DNA from: Vibrio cholerae ATCC 14035
GTDB taxonomy: Bacteria; Pseudomonadota; Gammaproteobacteria; Enterobacterales; Vibrionaceae
Direction of reading: 5' to 3'
Length of the DNA stretch: 32,000 nucleotides
Assembly (NCBI RefSeq): GCF_000621645.1
Contig: NZ_JHXR01000002.1
Span: forward strand, 210,001-242,000
In this document: one piece after another, positions 1 to 8,525 of the stretch
Layout of the letters: the number at the start of each line of letters is the position of its first letter
Numbering within the stretch: the first letter of the stretch is position 1
Translations under genes and position numbers: made by a program
The notes under the pieces: generated by a model
The model's database searches: none
What the model was told of the DNA's origin: nothing
The model's input: the letters and a program-made list of their open reading frames with translations, nothing else

Positions 1-1
1 T

Positions 2-472
2 CTCGACATCATTCAATTCTTGCTCGAATCGGTGAACTCAAGTGAAACCGCACAACCTGCACAAGCCACGTTGGATTGGCAGCGCAGCGCATTCTTGCCT
101 TTGCAAAAAATCGGCTATCCACGCTGGTCGAACATGAATTTACCTGAGTTTAAAACCGCATCCGCTCAACAAGCATGGCGTGTAAAAAAAGAGACCACTG
201 AACTTCATTTTGAATCCCTACTGAAAGACACGCCGCAAATTGCCCTGCAAGTGCAAGCCAGTATTGATGCGGTTAAACCGCTGCTAAAACTTCATTCCTA
301 TCAGCACGTTGCTCTTATTGATGAAGCGATCATTTTCTCAATCCTACGAGGGTTTTTCAGCGCGCCTGAGATCCAATGGGACAGCGAAGTCAGAGATTGG
401 ATGGTATCGGTCAGCCAGAAAACCCAAGTCCGCTTGTTGCAAGAACCGTTGCAAATCACATCGCAGAAATAA
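2..472 (+). CDS. hypothetical protein, 5'-truncated by window edge
   Basis: The frame stays open from nt 2 to the TTG at 20 reported by the ORF track, so the gene probably starts upstream of the window. The TAA stop (470-472) overlaps the AAGGAGG Shine-Dalgarno (471-477) of the next gene. No protein family recognised. Confidence 0.45.
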   Translation, partial: LDIIQFLLESVNSSETAQPAQATLDWQRSAFLPLQKIGYPRWSNMNLPEFKTASAQQAWRVKKETTELHFESLLKDTPQIALQVQASIDAVKPLLKLHSYQHVALIDEAIIFSILRGFFSAPEIQWDSEVRDWMVSVSQKTQVRLLQEPLQITSQK

Positions 473-481
473 GGAGGCAAA

Positions 482-1585
482 ATGAGCAGATTATTTGAAC
501 CAACCGATTTAAAACAACTCACGCTGCAAAACCGTGTGGTGATGGCACCGATGACTCGTGCACGCAGTAGCCAACCGGGGAATATTCCCAATCCAATGAT
601 GGCAACCTATTACCAACAGCGCGCCAGTGCAGGGTTAATCATTTCCGAAGCGACCCAGATCTCCGATGATGCGCAAGGCTATTCATTCACTCCCGGCGTT
701 TATACCGATGAGCAAGTTTCAGGTTGGAAAAGCGTAACTCAAGCGGTCAAACAACAAGGTGCAGCGATGTTTTGCCAACTTTGGCATGTCGGGCGTGTTT
801 CCCACCCTGTTTTTCAAAAAGGGCAGTTGCCGATTGCCCCGTCAGCCCTCAAACCGGTTGAAACTCAAGTTTGGATCGCCGATGAACAAGGTAATGGCCA
901 GATGGTGGATTGCGTTGAACCCCGCGCTATGACTCAAGCCGATATCGATCGTGTGGTGAACGACTTCGCTCAGGCGGCGAAATGTGCCATTGAAGCAGGA
1001 TTTGATGGTGTAGAAATCCACGGTGGGAATGGTTATCTCATCGATCAGTTTTTGCGTACCAACTCGAATCATCGTACCGATAGTTATGGAGGGAGTCGGG
1101 AAAATCGGATGCGATTTTTGCTCGAAGTGGTGGATGCGGTCAGTCAAGCGATTGGTGCCAGCCGAGTAGGCGTTCGCTTAGCGCCGTTTATTACTTTCAA
1201 AGACATGGACTGCCCCGACATAGTGCCAACAATTTTGGAGGCATCGAAGCAGTTGCAAGAACGAGATATTGCGTATCTGCACTTATCAGAAGCGGATTGG
1301 GATGATGCTCCTACCATTCCAGAAAGCTTTCGCATTGAACTACGCGAGCATTTCACTAACGCGATTATTGTCGCTGGTCGCTACACCCTTGAGCGCGCGG
1401 AAGAGGTGCTACAAAAAAGCTATGCCGATTTAGTCGCATTCGGGCGTCCTTTTGTCGCCAACCCCGATCTGGTTTCTCGCCTCAAGCACCAGCAACCGCT
1501 GGCGCAACTGGATGGTAAAACCCTGTTTGGTGGCGGTGAGCAAGGCTATACCGATTACCCCAGAATCCCTGAACAGCCAATCTAG
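482..1585 (+). CDS. nemA: NADH:flavin oxidoreductase, Old Yellow Enzyme family (N-ethylmaleimide reductase-like)
   Basis: 367 aa with OYE hallmarks in the translation: VMAPMTR, ASAGLIISEATQIS, CQLWHVGRVSHP, GFDGVEIHGGNGYLIDQFL, and C-terminal GGGEQGYTDYP. It is nearly colinear with E. coli NemA as I recall it. A strong SD (AAGGAGG) lies 4 nt before ATG 482. Confidence 0.85.
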   Translation: MSRLFEPTDLKQLTLQNRVVMAPMTRARSSQPGNIPNPMMATYYQQRASAGLIISEATQISDDAQGYSFTPGVYTDEQVSGWKSVTQAVKQQGAAMFCQLWHVGRVSHPVFQKGQLPIAPSALKPVETQVWIADEQGNGQMVDCVEPRAMTQADIDRVVNDFAQAAKCAIEAGFDGVEIHGGNGYLIDQFLRTNSNHRTDSYGGSRENRMRFLLEVVDAVSQAIGASRVGVRLAPFITFKDMDCPDIVPTILEASKQLQERDIAYLHLSEADWDDAPTIPESFRIELREHFTNAIIVAGRYTLERAEEVLQKSYADLVAFGRPFVANPDLVSRLKHQQPLAQLDGKTLFGGGEQGYTDYPRIPEQPI

Positions 1586-1663
1586 CCCGATCGGATTTGC
1601 TCAATCCTCGTCACTTTACGCCGCTATTTGGCCTAGCGAAGTAAAGTGACGCAGGGATACTTT

Positions 1664-1695
1664 AAAGGGAGAGTCCCTCATCTCCCTTTGTTTTG
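1664..1695 (+). terminator. rho-independent terminator after the nemA-like gene
   Basis: Stem AAAGGGAGA (1664-1672) / TCTCCCTTT (1681-1689) with an 8-nt loop, followed by GTTTTG. A second 10-bp stem, GTCACTTTAC (1610-1619) / GTAAAGTGAC (1641-1650), lies upstream. Confidence 0.6.
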
Positions 1696-1705
1696 CTGAT
1701 TAACC

Positions 1706-2686
1706 TTACGCTTGTTTTGGCAAGAACAACTCAGCCAACATACAGCGCACACTGCCACCGCCGATGGTTTCTATAGTCGGTACGGCGAAAGGCAGCAACT
1801 TACCGTGAGTGGCAAGTTGATTGAGTTGAGCGGATGTAAAAGCTTCATAAGCCGATTGCGACATCGCGATCACTTTCTGGCCGTCAGCGGTTTCGAGTTG
1901 CAGGATATTGCCGCAGAAGTGGTTCATCTGCTCAATCGAAATCGAAATTACCTGTTTATCTTTAGCCAGCGACTTTACGACAAATCGGCGCTCATATTCG
2001 GGGATAGCTTCATCGCAAATCACGCAGAAATGCTCGCCTATCGCCATCATCACATTGGTGTGATAAATCGGCGAGCCAGAGGGCAATCGAGTTTGGAACG
2101 ACACTACACGCGAATAGCCGATCTGTTCGGCATACACTTCCAACACTTCACGATCACAGCGCTGTGAAAGTCCCGCATAAATGGTGCGATTGGGGTGATC
2201 CATCACCATCACGCCAGTACTTTCCAAAAACGCTTGCTGCTCAATAAACGCCAGCAAAGAGTGTTGCTCTTTCACCACAAAACCCTGTTGTTGCAAGGTC
2301 TGAATCAAGGCTTCGGGGCGCACTTCCAAACGTCGATTCGCACACGCCATTGGAAACAAAAACAGCTCGCCCGCCTCAGTGGTACTGAACCAGTTATTCG
2401 GGAACACCGCATCCGGTGTTTCACCTTGGCCTATGGGGTAATCAAAGATCACAACGTCAACGCCCGCTTGGCGAAGACCGTTTACCATGGCGTTAAACTC
2501 GCTCATAGCGCGCTGCAAAATGGTTTCAGCGCTGAGTGCCAACGGGTTTTGAAAGGCATTATCTTGCGCAGTTTGCGCATTAAAGCCGAACTCTTTTGGC
2601 GGCACCATAACGACAGCGCGAGCCGTTTGCGCAGCAGAGCGCGGAATCAACATATTGGGTTGTAGATGAACATTCATAATAGGCAC
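1706..2686 (-). CDS. arginine deiminase-related / amidinotransferase-superfamily protein (CtlX-like)
   Basis: 326 aa with the C-terminal GGGSVRCMLAE catalytic-Cys motif typical of guanidino-group-modifying enzymes (ADI/DDAH/amidinotransferase fold). The ORF-track start is GTG at 2686; ATG at 2677 (MNVHLQP...) is an equally plausible start. Confidence 0.7.
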   Translation of the reverse strand: MPIMNVHLQPNMLIPRSAAQTARAVVMVPPKEFGFNAQTAQDNAFQNPLALSAETILQRAMSEFNAMVNGLRQAGVDVVIFDYPIGQGETPDAVFPNNWFSTTEAGELFLFPMACANRRLEVRPEALIQTLQQQGFVVKEQHSLLAFIEQQAFLESTGVMVMDHPNRTIYAGLSQRCDREVLEVYAEQIGYSRVVSFQTRLPSGSPIYHTNVMMAIGEHFCVICDEAIPEYERRFVVKSLAKDKQVISISIEQMNHFCGNILQLETADGQKVIAMSQSAYEAFTSAQLNQLATHGKLLPFAVPTIETIGGGSVRCMLAELFLPKQA

Positions 2687-3048
2687 TCATCACCGATTTC
2701 ACCCCAAAAGTGTAAACAGAATGTTAACTAAAGATTTGCTGATTTTGATGAATTTCAATCGATAAATTTTATCTTTTTACTGAAAAAATGGTTAATCACA
2801 GTCAAATTTGCTGGCGTTATGGGCGACATCGGCTGGATTCGCTTAGAAATAACACGCCAAGCGGATTGGCTCGCACAACCGAAACCAAACGACGTGGTGT
2901 GGTAGCTTCAACTCGCAAGGGTATAACTTCAAGTCACCAATGGATAACGTTATACTGCTTCCGTTTTAACAGAAAATCACATTTTGGCGGACGCTCGCAC
3001 GCGTGCTCTCTCCCTCACTGCCGCCCTATCACAGCAAGGATCTTGTTC

Positions 3049-4908
3049 ATGTTTAAGCTATTTGAAGGTTTCACTGACCCTTTTCCCAAAGGTGAACCCC
3101 AACGCCCACCCAACACTTTGTGGGCTTTTTGTCGCCACTACACTCACGGTTTTGAAAAACCATTGATCGTGATGGCGTTACTCAGTACGGCGATCGCGAT
3201 TATCGAGGTCTCTCTGTTTGGCTTTATGGGCCAACTGGTAGACTGGCTTTCCACCAGCTCGCCAGACACCTTTTTAGTCGAGAACCAGAGCACTTTGATT
3301 GGGTTAGGCTTATTGGTATTGGTCGGTATGCCGCTACTGATCGCCTTCTATTCACTGCTGATCCACCAATCTTTGCTCGGTAACTACCCGATGTCGATCC
3401 GTTGGTTGGCGCACCGCTATCTGCTCAAGCAAAGCGTGTCGTTTTATCAAGACGAATTTGCAGGGCGCATCTCAACCAAAGTGATGCAAACGGCGCTCGC
3501 GGTACGTGAAACCGTGATGAAAAGTCTCGATGTGTTTGTGTATGTGATGGTTTATTTCACCGCGATTGTAGTGATTTTGGCGCAGGCCGATTGGCGCTTA
3601 ATGATCCCGATGCTGATTTGGCTGGCGATTTACGTTACGGTGCAAATGTATTACGTGCCTAAGCTGAAAAAAGTGGCTTCCGAGCAAGCCGATGCCCGCT
3701 CACTAATGAGCGGCCGTATCGTCGATAGCTACACTAACATTATGACTGTAAAGCTGTTTTCGCACAGTCAACGTGAAACGCAATACGCCGAAGAAGGCAT
3801 GCAAGATTTTCTGGGCACCGTCCATCGCCAAATGCGTTTGGTGACTGGCTTTAATATTTGGGTAGAAATGGCCAACTACTTATTGGTGTTTACCATTGCT
3901 GCCCTATCGATTTATCTCTGGACCACCAGCGCCATCAGCGTCGGTGCCATTGCGGTTGCGGTCAGTTTATCCTTGTGTATCAACGGCATGTCTAAGTGGA
4001 TCATGTGGGAAGTCAGCGCCCTGTTTGAAAACATCGGTACCGTTGTCGATGGCATGACCATGCTTGGCAAACCCATCACCGTCACCGACAAACCTGACGC
4101 GAAACCCTTGGTGGTTAAGCATGGTGGCATTACGTTTGATGATGTGAGCTTCCACTACGGTGAAAACAAAAGCGTGATCAACCATCTCAATCTCAACATT
4201 AAACCGGGTGAAAAAGTCGGTTTAGTGGGGCGTTCGGGAGCCGGTAAATCGACCTTGGTGAACCTATTACTGCGTTTTCATGATGTGGAAAGCGGCCGGA
4301 TTTTAATTGATGGTCAACCCATTTCGGAAGTGACCCAAGAATCGCTGCGCAGCAAAATCGGCATGGTGACACAAGATACGTCACTGCTGCACCGCTCCAT
4401 TCGCGACAACATTTTGTATGGCAATCCGAACGCCACCGAGGAGCAGCTTTTGAAAGCGACAGCGCAAGCCCACGCCCATGAGTTCATCCTCGGTTTGACC
4501 GATCCGCATGGCAACAGCGGTTACGACGCACAGGTCGGTGAACGTGGCGTCAAACTCTCTGGTGGACAACGTCAGCGAATTGCGATCTCTCGCGTACTAC
4601 TCAAAGATGCGCCACTGTTGGTGCTGGATGAAGCGACTTCCGCACTCGATTCCGAAGTGGAAGCCGCGATTCAAGAGAGCCTCAATGAGCTGATGCAGGG
4701 CAAAACCGTGATTGCGATTGCCCACCGTCTGTCGACCATCGCGGCGATGGATCGCCTGATCGTGCTCGATAAAGGCCAAATTGTTGAGCAAGGCTCGCAC
4801 CAAGAGTTGATTGCGCAAAACGGCATTTATGCTCACCTGTGGGCGCATCAAACCGGTGGCTTTATCGGCTGTGATGAAGACGAAGTAGAAGAAGCCATAC
4901 TGGCATAA
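3049..4908 (+). CDS. ABC exporter, fused permease/ATP-binding protein (MsbA/MdlB-like type)
   Basis: The ORF track opens at 2788, but the first 87 codons look non-coding. ATG 3049 begins MFKLFEGFTDPF.... A multi-TM exporter domain is followed by an NBD with Walker A GRSGAGKST, signature LSGGQRQR and Walker B LLVLDEATS. Confidence 0.85.
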   Translation: MFKLFEGFTDPFPKGEPQRPPNTLWAFCRHYTHGFEKPLIVMALLSTAIAIIEVSLFGFMGQLVDWLSTSSPDTFLVENQSTLIGLGLLVLVGMPLLIAFYSLLIHQSLLGNYPMSIRWLAHRYLLKQSVSFYQDEFAGRISTKVMQTALAVRETVMKSLDVFVYVMVYFTAIVVILAQADWRLMIPMLIWLAIYVTVQMYYVPKLKKVASEQADARSLMSGRIVDSYTNIMTVKLFSHSQRETQYAEEGMQDFLGTVHRQMRLVTGFNIWVEMANYLLVFTIAALSIYLWTTSAISVGAIAVAVSLSLCINGMSKWIMWEVSALFENIGTVVDGMTMLGKPITVTDKPDAKPLVVKHGGITFDDVSFHYGENKSVINHLNLNIKPGEKVGLVGRSGAGKSTLVNLLLRFHDVESGRILIDGQPISEVTQESLRSKIGMVTQDTSLLHRSIRDNILYGNPNATEEQLLKATAQAHAHEFILGLTDPHGNSGYDAQVGERGVKLSGGQRQRIAISRVLLKDAPLLVLDEATSALDSEVEAAIQESLNELMQGKTVIAIAHRLSTIAAMDRLIVLDKGQIVEQGSHQELIAQNGIYAHLWAHQTGGFIGCDEDEVEEAILA

Positions 4909-4927
4909 TTCCAATCAACACTGAATA

Positions 4928-4957
4928 AGCCCGCGACCATTCGCGGGCTTTCCTCTT
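4928..4957 (+). terminator. rho-independent terminator after the ABC exporter gene
   Basis: Stem GCCCGCGA (4929-4936) / TCGCGGGC (4941-4948) with loop CCAT, then a T-rich tail TTTCCTCTTTCT. Confidence 0.7.
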
Positions 4958-5059
4958 TCTGGGCTTTTGACTTAGAATTTCGCTACTTTTTCCATGCATT
5001 AACCGAGAAGCACTTGGCCGTTATGCCAAGGTGAGACTTTGAGTAACTTAGAGAACACT

Positions 5060-5764
5060 ATGAATAAAAGCCTTATTACCAATGTAGTGGCGCTGGCACT
5101 GATGGGTGTCGGCTATTTTCTGCCAAACCACTATGCCTTTTACGCGGGGCTGTTTGCCTTTTCTGGCGCGATCACCAACTGGCTCGCCATCCATATGCTG
5201 TTTGAAAAAGTGCCTGGACTGTATGGCTCCGGCGTGATTCCCGCACGTTTTGAAGATTTCAAAGCCGCCATCAAAAATCTGATGATGGAGCAGTTTTTTA
5301 CCGATGCCAATATCGACCGCTTTCTCAACAAAGAGATGAATGGCGCGCTGAACCTTGATTTGCAACCGGTGATCGCCAAAGTCGATTTCAACCCGACCTT
5401 TGATTCGCTCGTCGAAGTGATAAGCCAATCCTCCTTCGGTGGCATGCTGGCGATGTTTGGCGGCGCGACAGCGCTTGAGCCACTGAAACAACCCTTTGTG
5501 GAGAAGATGCAAACGGCGCTTGTCGAGATGAGCCAAAGCGAGTCGGTACGTGAAGCCCTAAAGGGGCAATTGGAATCCCCCGCGATGCTGGATGAAATCA
5601 AAGCCAATATCGAAGGCATCATAGATCAGCGCTTAAATGAGCTGACTCCGCAACTGGTCAAAGAGATCGTGCAGAAGATGATCAAAGAGCATCTAGGCTG
5701 GCTGGTGATTTGGGGCGGCGTGTTTGGTGGCGTGATTGGCCTTGTTTCCGCGGCTTTGGTTTAA
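5060..5764 (+). CDS. DUF445-family membrane protein
   Basis: Hydrophobic N-terminal (LITNVVALALMGVGYFL, FYAGLFAFSGAITNWLAIHMLF) and C-terminal (WLVIWGGVFGGVIGLVSAAL) segments flank a soluble core, a pattern I associate with DUF445. The ORF-track start at 5039 is TTG; ATG 5060 (MNKSL...) is preferred. Confidence 0.6.
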   Translation: MNKSLITNVVALALMGVGYFLPNHYAFYAGLFAFSGAITNWLAIHMLFEKVPGLYGSGVIPARFEDFKAAIKNLMMEQFFTDANIDRFLNKEMNGALNLDLQPVIAKVDFNPTFDSLVEVISQSSFGGMLAMFGGATALEPLKQPFVEKMQTALVEMSQSESVREALKGQLESPAMLDEIKANIEGIIDQRLNELTPQLVKEIVQKMIKEHLGWLVIWGGVFGGVIGLVSAALV

Positions 5765-5794
5765 CTTTGGTTTAAACATCTGCACTGTAAACCT

Positions 5795-5829
5795 AAAAAA
5801 AATCAGCCCCAATAATGGGGCTGATTTTA
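5795..5829. terminator. bidirectional terminator between convergent DUF445 and OYE genes
   Basis: Stem AATCAGCCCC (5801-5810) / GGGGCTGATT (5817-5826), with an A-run before and a T-run after. Confidence 0.75.
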
Positions 5830-5851
5830 TCAATAAAGGAAAAACACCGAG

Positions 5852-6895
5852 TTAGTAAAGCTCCGTTAACATCGAATCTTGGTACGCTTTTAGCTCTTCA
5901 CCCTTTTGAACACGGGCGATGTAATCTGGGTTAGCGATAAATGGACGACCAATCGCGAGCAGATCAAACTCATTATTTTCAATCGCAGTAGCACCCGTTT
6001 CTGCGCTAAAACCACCGACACCCATCAGCGTTTTTGAGTAGTGATGACGCAAGTAAGTCGACACTCGACCACCTAAGAAATCAAAGGTCACGCTGTCATC
6101 AAACATCCCTTCATGCAGATAGGCCAAATTGCGTTTTTCCAACTCAGGCAGTAAATAATCAAACACTTCACGATCACGCGGGTCAGCTTTGATGTTGAAA
6201 TACGCCCCCGGAGACATACGCAGCGCGGTGCGCTCTGCGCCAATACGTGCGATCACCGCATCCACCACTTCCAAAGCAAAACGCGCCATATTGGCCGGCG
6301 TTTCACCGTACTCATCGCTGCGTTGGTTCGAATCAAAATGCAGGAACTGGTCGATGAGATAGCCGTTCGCGCCATGAATCTCGACGCCATCAAAACCCGC
6401 CAAGCGTGCATTTTCCGCCGCTTGTGCGTAATCGGCCACCAGTTGCTTGATCTCCGCTTGGCTCGCCGCTTTCGGCACTGTGTACTGCAATTCGCGGCGG
6501 CGTGGCACGCTGCCTTCTACACCGAGAGCTGAAGGCGCTAGAACGTATTCACCCGCAAAAAAGGCAGGGTGAGCCACGCGTCCGGTATGCCATAACTGAG
6601 CGAAAATCTTACCGCCATTAGCATGCACGGCATCCGTTACTTTTTTCCAACCGGTAATTTGCGCCTGCGTAAACAGCCCCGGAGTGTTCGGGTAGCCTTG
6701 AGCATCGGGGCGAATAATGGTGGCTTCGGAAATGATCAGCCCAGCATCGGCACGGCGTGCGTAATACGCCACCATGGCATCGGTCGGCACCAAATCATCA
6801 TCAGCCATGCAGCGCGTCAGTGGCGCCATCGCAATTCGGTTGTTTAAAGTAATCACATCATTGAGCGCGTATGGCTGAAAAAGAATATCGGTCAT
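5852..6895 (-). CDS. NADH:flavin oxidoreductase, Old Yellow Enzyme family (second paralog)
   Basis: 347 aa with AMAPLTR, ADAGLIISEATII, AQLWHTGRVAHP, GFDGVEIHGANGYLIDQFL and GRPFIANPD. It is clearly paralogous to the 482..1585 product and divergent from a TetR regulator. Confidence 0.85.
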   Translation of the reverse strand: MTDILFQPYALNDVITLNNRIAMAPLTRCMADDDLVPTDAMVAYYARRADAGLIISEATIIRPDAQGYPNTPGLFTQAQITGWKKVTDAVHANGGKIFAQLWHTGRVAHPAFFAGEYVLAPSALGVEGSVPRRRELQYTVPKAASQAEIKQLVADYAQAAENARLAGFDGVEIHGANGYLIDQFLHFDSNQRSDEYGETPANMARFALEVVDAVIARIGAERTALRMSPGAYFNIKADPRDREVFDYLLPELEKRNLAYLHEGMFDDSVTFDFLGGRVSTYLRHHYSKTLMGVGGFSAETGATAIENNEFDLLAIGRPFIANPDYIARVQKGEELKAYQDSMLTELY

Positions 6896-6937
6896 TTGAG
6901 TTGTCCTGTGGTTGTCTGTTGCGCTTATGCTAGATCA

Positions 6938-6983
6938 TTCTTGAACAATCGTTCAAGAACTTTTTTTGAATGAACGTTCAAGA
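6938..6983. promoter_or_regulatory. candidate TetR operator cluster (three GTTCAAGA half-sites)
   Basis: A perfect inverted repeat TTCTTGAAC-AATC-GTTCAAGAA lies at 6938-6959. The palindrome TGAACGTTCA (6971-6980) extends to GTTCAAGAT (6975-6983). Both sit in the 150-bp spacer between the divergent OYE and tetR genes. Confidence 0.5.
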
Positions 6984-6987
6984 TACT

Positions 6988-7016
6988 TTGTCATCGACTC
7001 GGTTTAGCGCTAGAAT
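6988..7016 (+). promoter_or_regulatory. candidate sigma70 promoter of the TetR gene
   Basis: TTGTCA (6988-6993), a 17-nt spacer, then TAGAAT (7011-7016), about 30 nt upstream of the GTG start. Confidence 0.4.
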
Positions 7017-7045
7017 CGCGCCATGTTCGATGAAGAGAGTGTGTT

Positions 7046-7621
7046 GTGCGAGTAGCTGAATTTGACCGAGAGCAGGTGTTGCGATCCGCGATGGATGAAT
7101 TTATGTCCAAAGGATTCAACAAAACCAGTATGCAAGATTTAAAACGCGTGACCGGTTTACACCCCGGCTCGATTTACTGCGCGTTTGAAAATAAGCGCGG
7201 TTTGCTGATTGCCGCCCTTGAGCAATACACCAAACAACGCGTCTCGGAATTTAATGCGATTTTCGCCGCACATCCCACCATCTTAGCGGGATTAGAGCAG
7301 TACATGGCGATGGTGGTGGATGAGTGTGAACGCGATGAGATCAAAGATTGCTTGCTGCAAAAAGCGCTCAATGAACTCTCTTGTCAGGATGAAGAAGTCG
7401 AAACGCTGATCCGTGCAACCGTCGGTACTTGGAAGCAAGGCATGCTTGCGCAATTACAAGAAGCACAGCAGCGCGGCGAGATAAACCCAGACAGTGACTG
7501 CGTGCTACTCACCGAATATTTGGTGATGGGCATTTATGGTTTGCGCTCGTTTGCCCACACTCGGCCGGAAAAGGGCTTACTCAAAAAGCTCGCCGATAAA
7601 CTGTTGGACGCGATTCGCTGA
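7046..7621 (+). CDS. TetR/AcrR-family transcriptional regulator
   Basis: 191 aa with an N-terminal TetR HTH (FMSKGFNKTSMQDLKRVTGLHPGSIYCAFENKRGLL). GTG start at 7046. Divergent from the OYE gene, with palindromes in the spacer. Confidence 0.8.
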   Translation: MRVAEFDREQVLRSAMDEFMSKGFNKTSMQDLKRVTGLHPGSIYCAFENKRGLLIAALEQYTKQRVSEFNAIFAAHPTILAGLEQYMAMVVDECERDEIKDCLLQKALNELSCQDEEVETLIRATVGTWKQGMLAQLQEAQQRGEINPDSDCVLLTEYLVMGIYGLRSFAHTRPEKGLLKKLADKLLDAIR

Positions 7622-7644
7622 TCCGCCAGTGTTGGTAATTCCTA

Positions 7645-7686
7645 CAAAAAAGCCACAGATGCGGTCTGTGGCTTTTCACTTTTTTG
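7645..7686. terminator. bidirectional terminator between convergent tetR and lysE-family genes
   Basis: Stem AGCCACAG (7651-7658) / CTGTGGCT (7666-7673), flanked by AAAAAA and TTTTCACTTTTTT. Confidence 0.7.
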
Positions 7687-7692
7687 GCGATA

Positions 7693-8322
7693 TCACACAA
7701 AATCGCTGAGCATCCAGAGCGCTAGCAGCAAAAACACCGCGCCCATCACTTTGTGCTGGTAAGTGCGAAAACGCTGATTATCGACTAGCGAGCGACCAAA
7801 CACACCAATCAAAGCCACTAGCAGCAGATTAAACAGCAAGCCGCACACATTCAGCACCATACCCAGCGCGAACATCTGTTCGGCGGAGCTGGCTGCGATA
7901 TTGGTTGAAACAAACTGCGGCAAAAACAGCACAAAGAACACCAAGGCTTTGGGGTTCAGCAAATTGCTCACTAAAGCGCGTTGGTAAAAGGTTTTTGCTA
8001 CCGCTTGTGCCTCATCCAAGGTGGGCGCTTGCGCTGCATCGGCGCGTAGGCAATCCCACGCCATTTTGAGCAGGTATGCTCCCCCCAACAAATGCAGCAC
8101 ATTGAGCGCCAACGGGTTCATCGCAATCAGTGCGGAAACCCCGAGCGCCGCGAGTAAGGTTAAAATCATCCCTGATGTGGCATTGCCCAAGCTGGCAAAC
8201 AAACCGACTCGGCGTCCGTAGCTCATACTAGAGCTCGCAATCAGCAGCATATCTGGCCCTGGGATCAGCAACAGCGCCAATACCGCGGTGAGATAAACCG
8301 GTAATACCGAAACATCAATCAT
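7693..8322 (-). CDS. LysE/RhtB-family amino-acid exporter
   Basis: 209 aa polytopic membrane protein whose N-terminus (YLTAVLALLLIPGPDMLLIASSS) is typical of LysE/RhtB translocators. Confidence 0.8.
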   Translation of the reverse strand: MIDVSVLPVYLTAVLALLLIPGPDMLLIASSSMSYGRRVGLFASLGNATSGMILTLLAALGVSALIAMNPLALNVLHLLGGAYLLKMAWDCLRADAAQAPTLDEAQAVAKTFYQRALVSNLLNPKALVFFVLFLPQFVSTNIAASSAEQMFALGMVLNVCGLLFNLLLVALIGVFGRSLVDNQRFRTYQHKVMGAVFLLLALWMLSDFV

Positions 8323-8525
8323 GTTGAAAATCTTGTTAAAGCTGGAAAGCGGCGGATTTTATAGGAGACATACCGCCATTTCCATATGAAAGATAATCCA
8401 AATAAACTCATTTCTAGCCAGAGATAAAATAGTGTGGATTTCGATTAGTACAGAAGCGCAATTTTGTACAAAAACTTTCCAGTACTTTGCAGTAGACTCA
8501 TTAGGGAAAAGCACAAGGAAGCGTG

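Noticed and set aside
1712-2665. Plus-strand ORFs 1712..2167 and 2195..2665, antisense to the ctlX-like gene
   Set aside because: These are typical shadow ORFs on the opposite strand of a well-supported gene. They have low-complexity, His/Arg-rich translations and no RBS.
2788-3048. 87-codon N-terminal extension of the ABC exporter ORF given by the ORF track
   Set aside because: The extension (MVNHSQICWRYGRHRLDSLRNN...) is Arg/Cys/His-rich with no coding-like pattern, SD or homologous N-terminus. The exporter-type N-terminus starts at ATG 3049. It is treated as an open leader, not as CDS.
5048-5622. Minus-strand ORFs 5048..5536 and 5140..5622
   Set aside because: They are antisense shadows of the DUF445 gene, with no start context or recognisable family.
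6325-6334. GGTTCGAATC, identical to the tRNA T-arm consensus
   Set aside because: It lies inside the OYE coding sequence, with no flanking acceptor, D or anticodon stems. It is a chance match.
8392-8413. Fur-box-like GATAATCCAAATAAACTCATTT in the lysE/araC spacer
   Set aside because: Only about 10 of 19 positions match GATAATGATAATCATTATC, and the dyad symmetry is missing.
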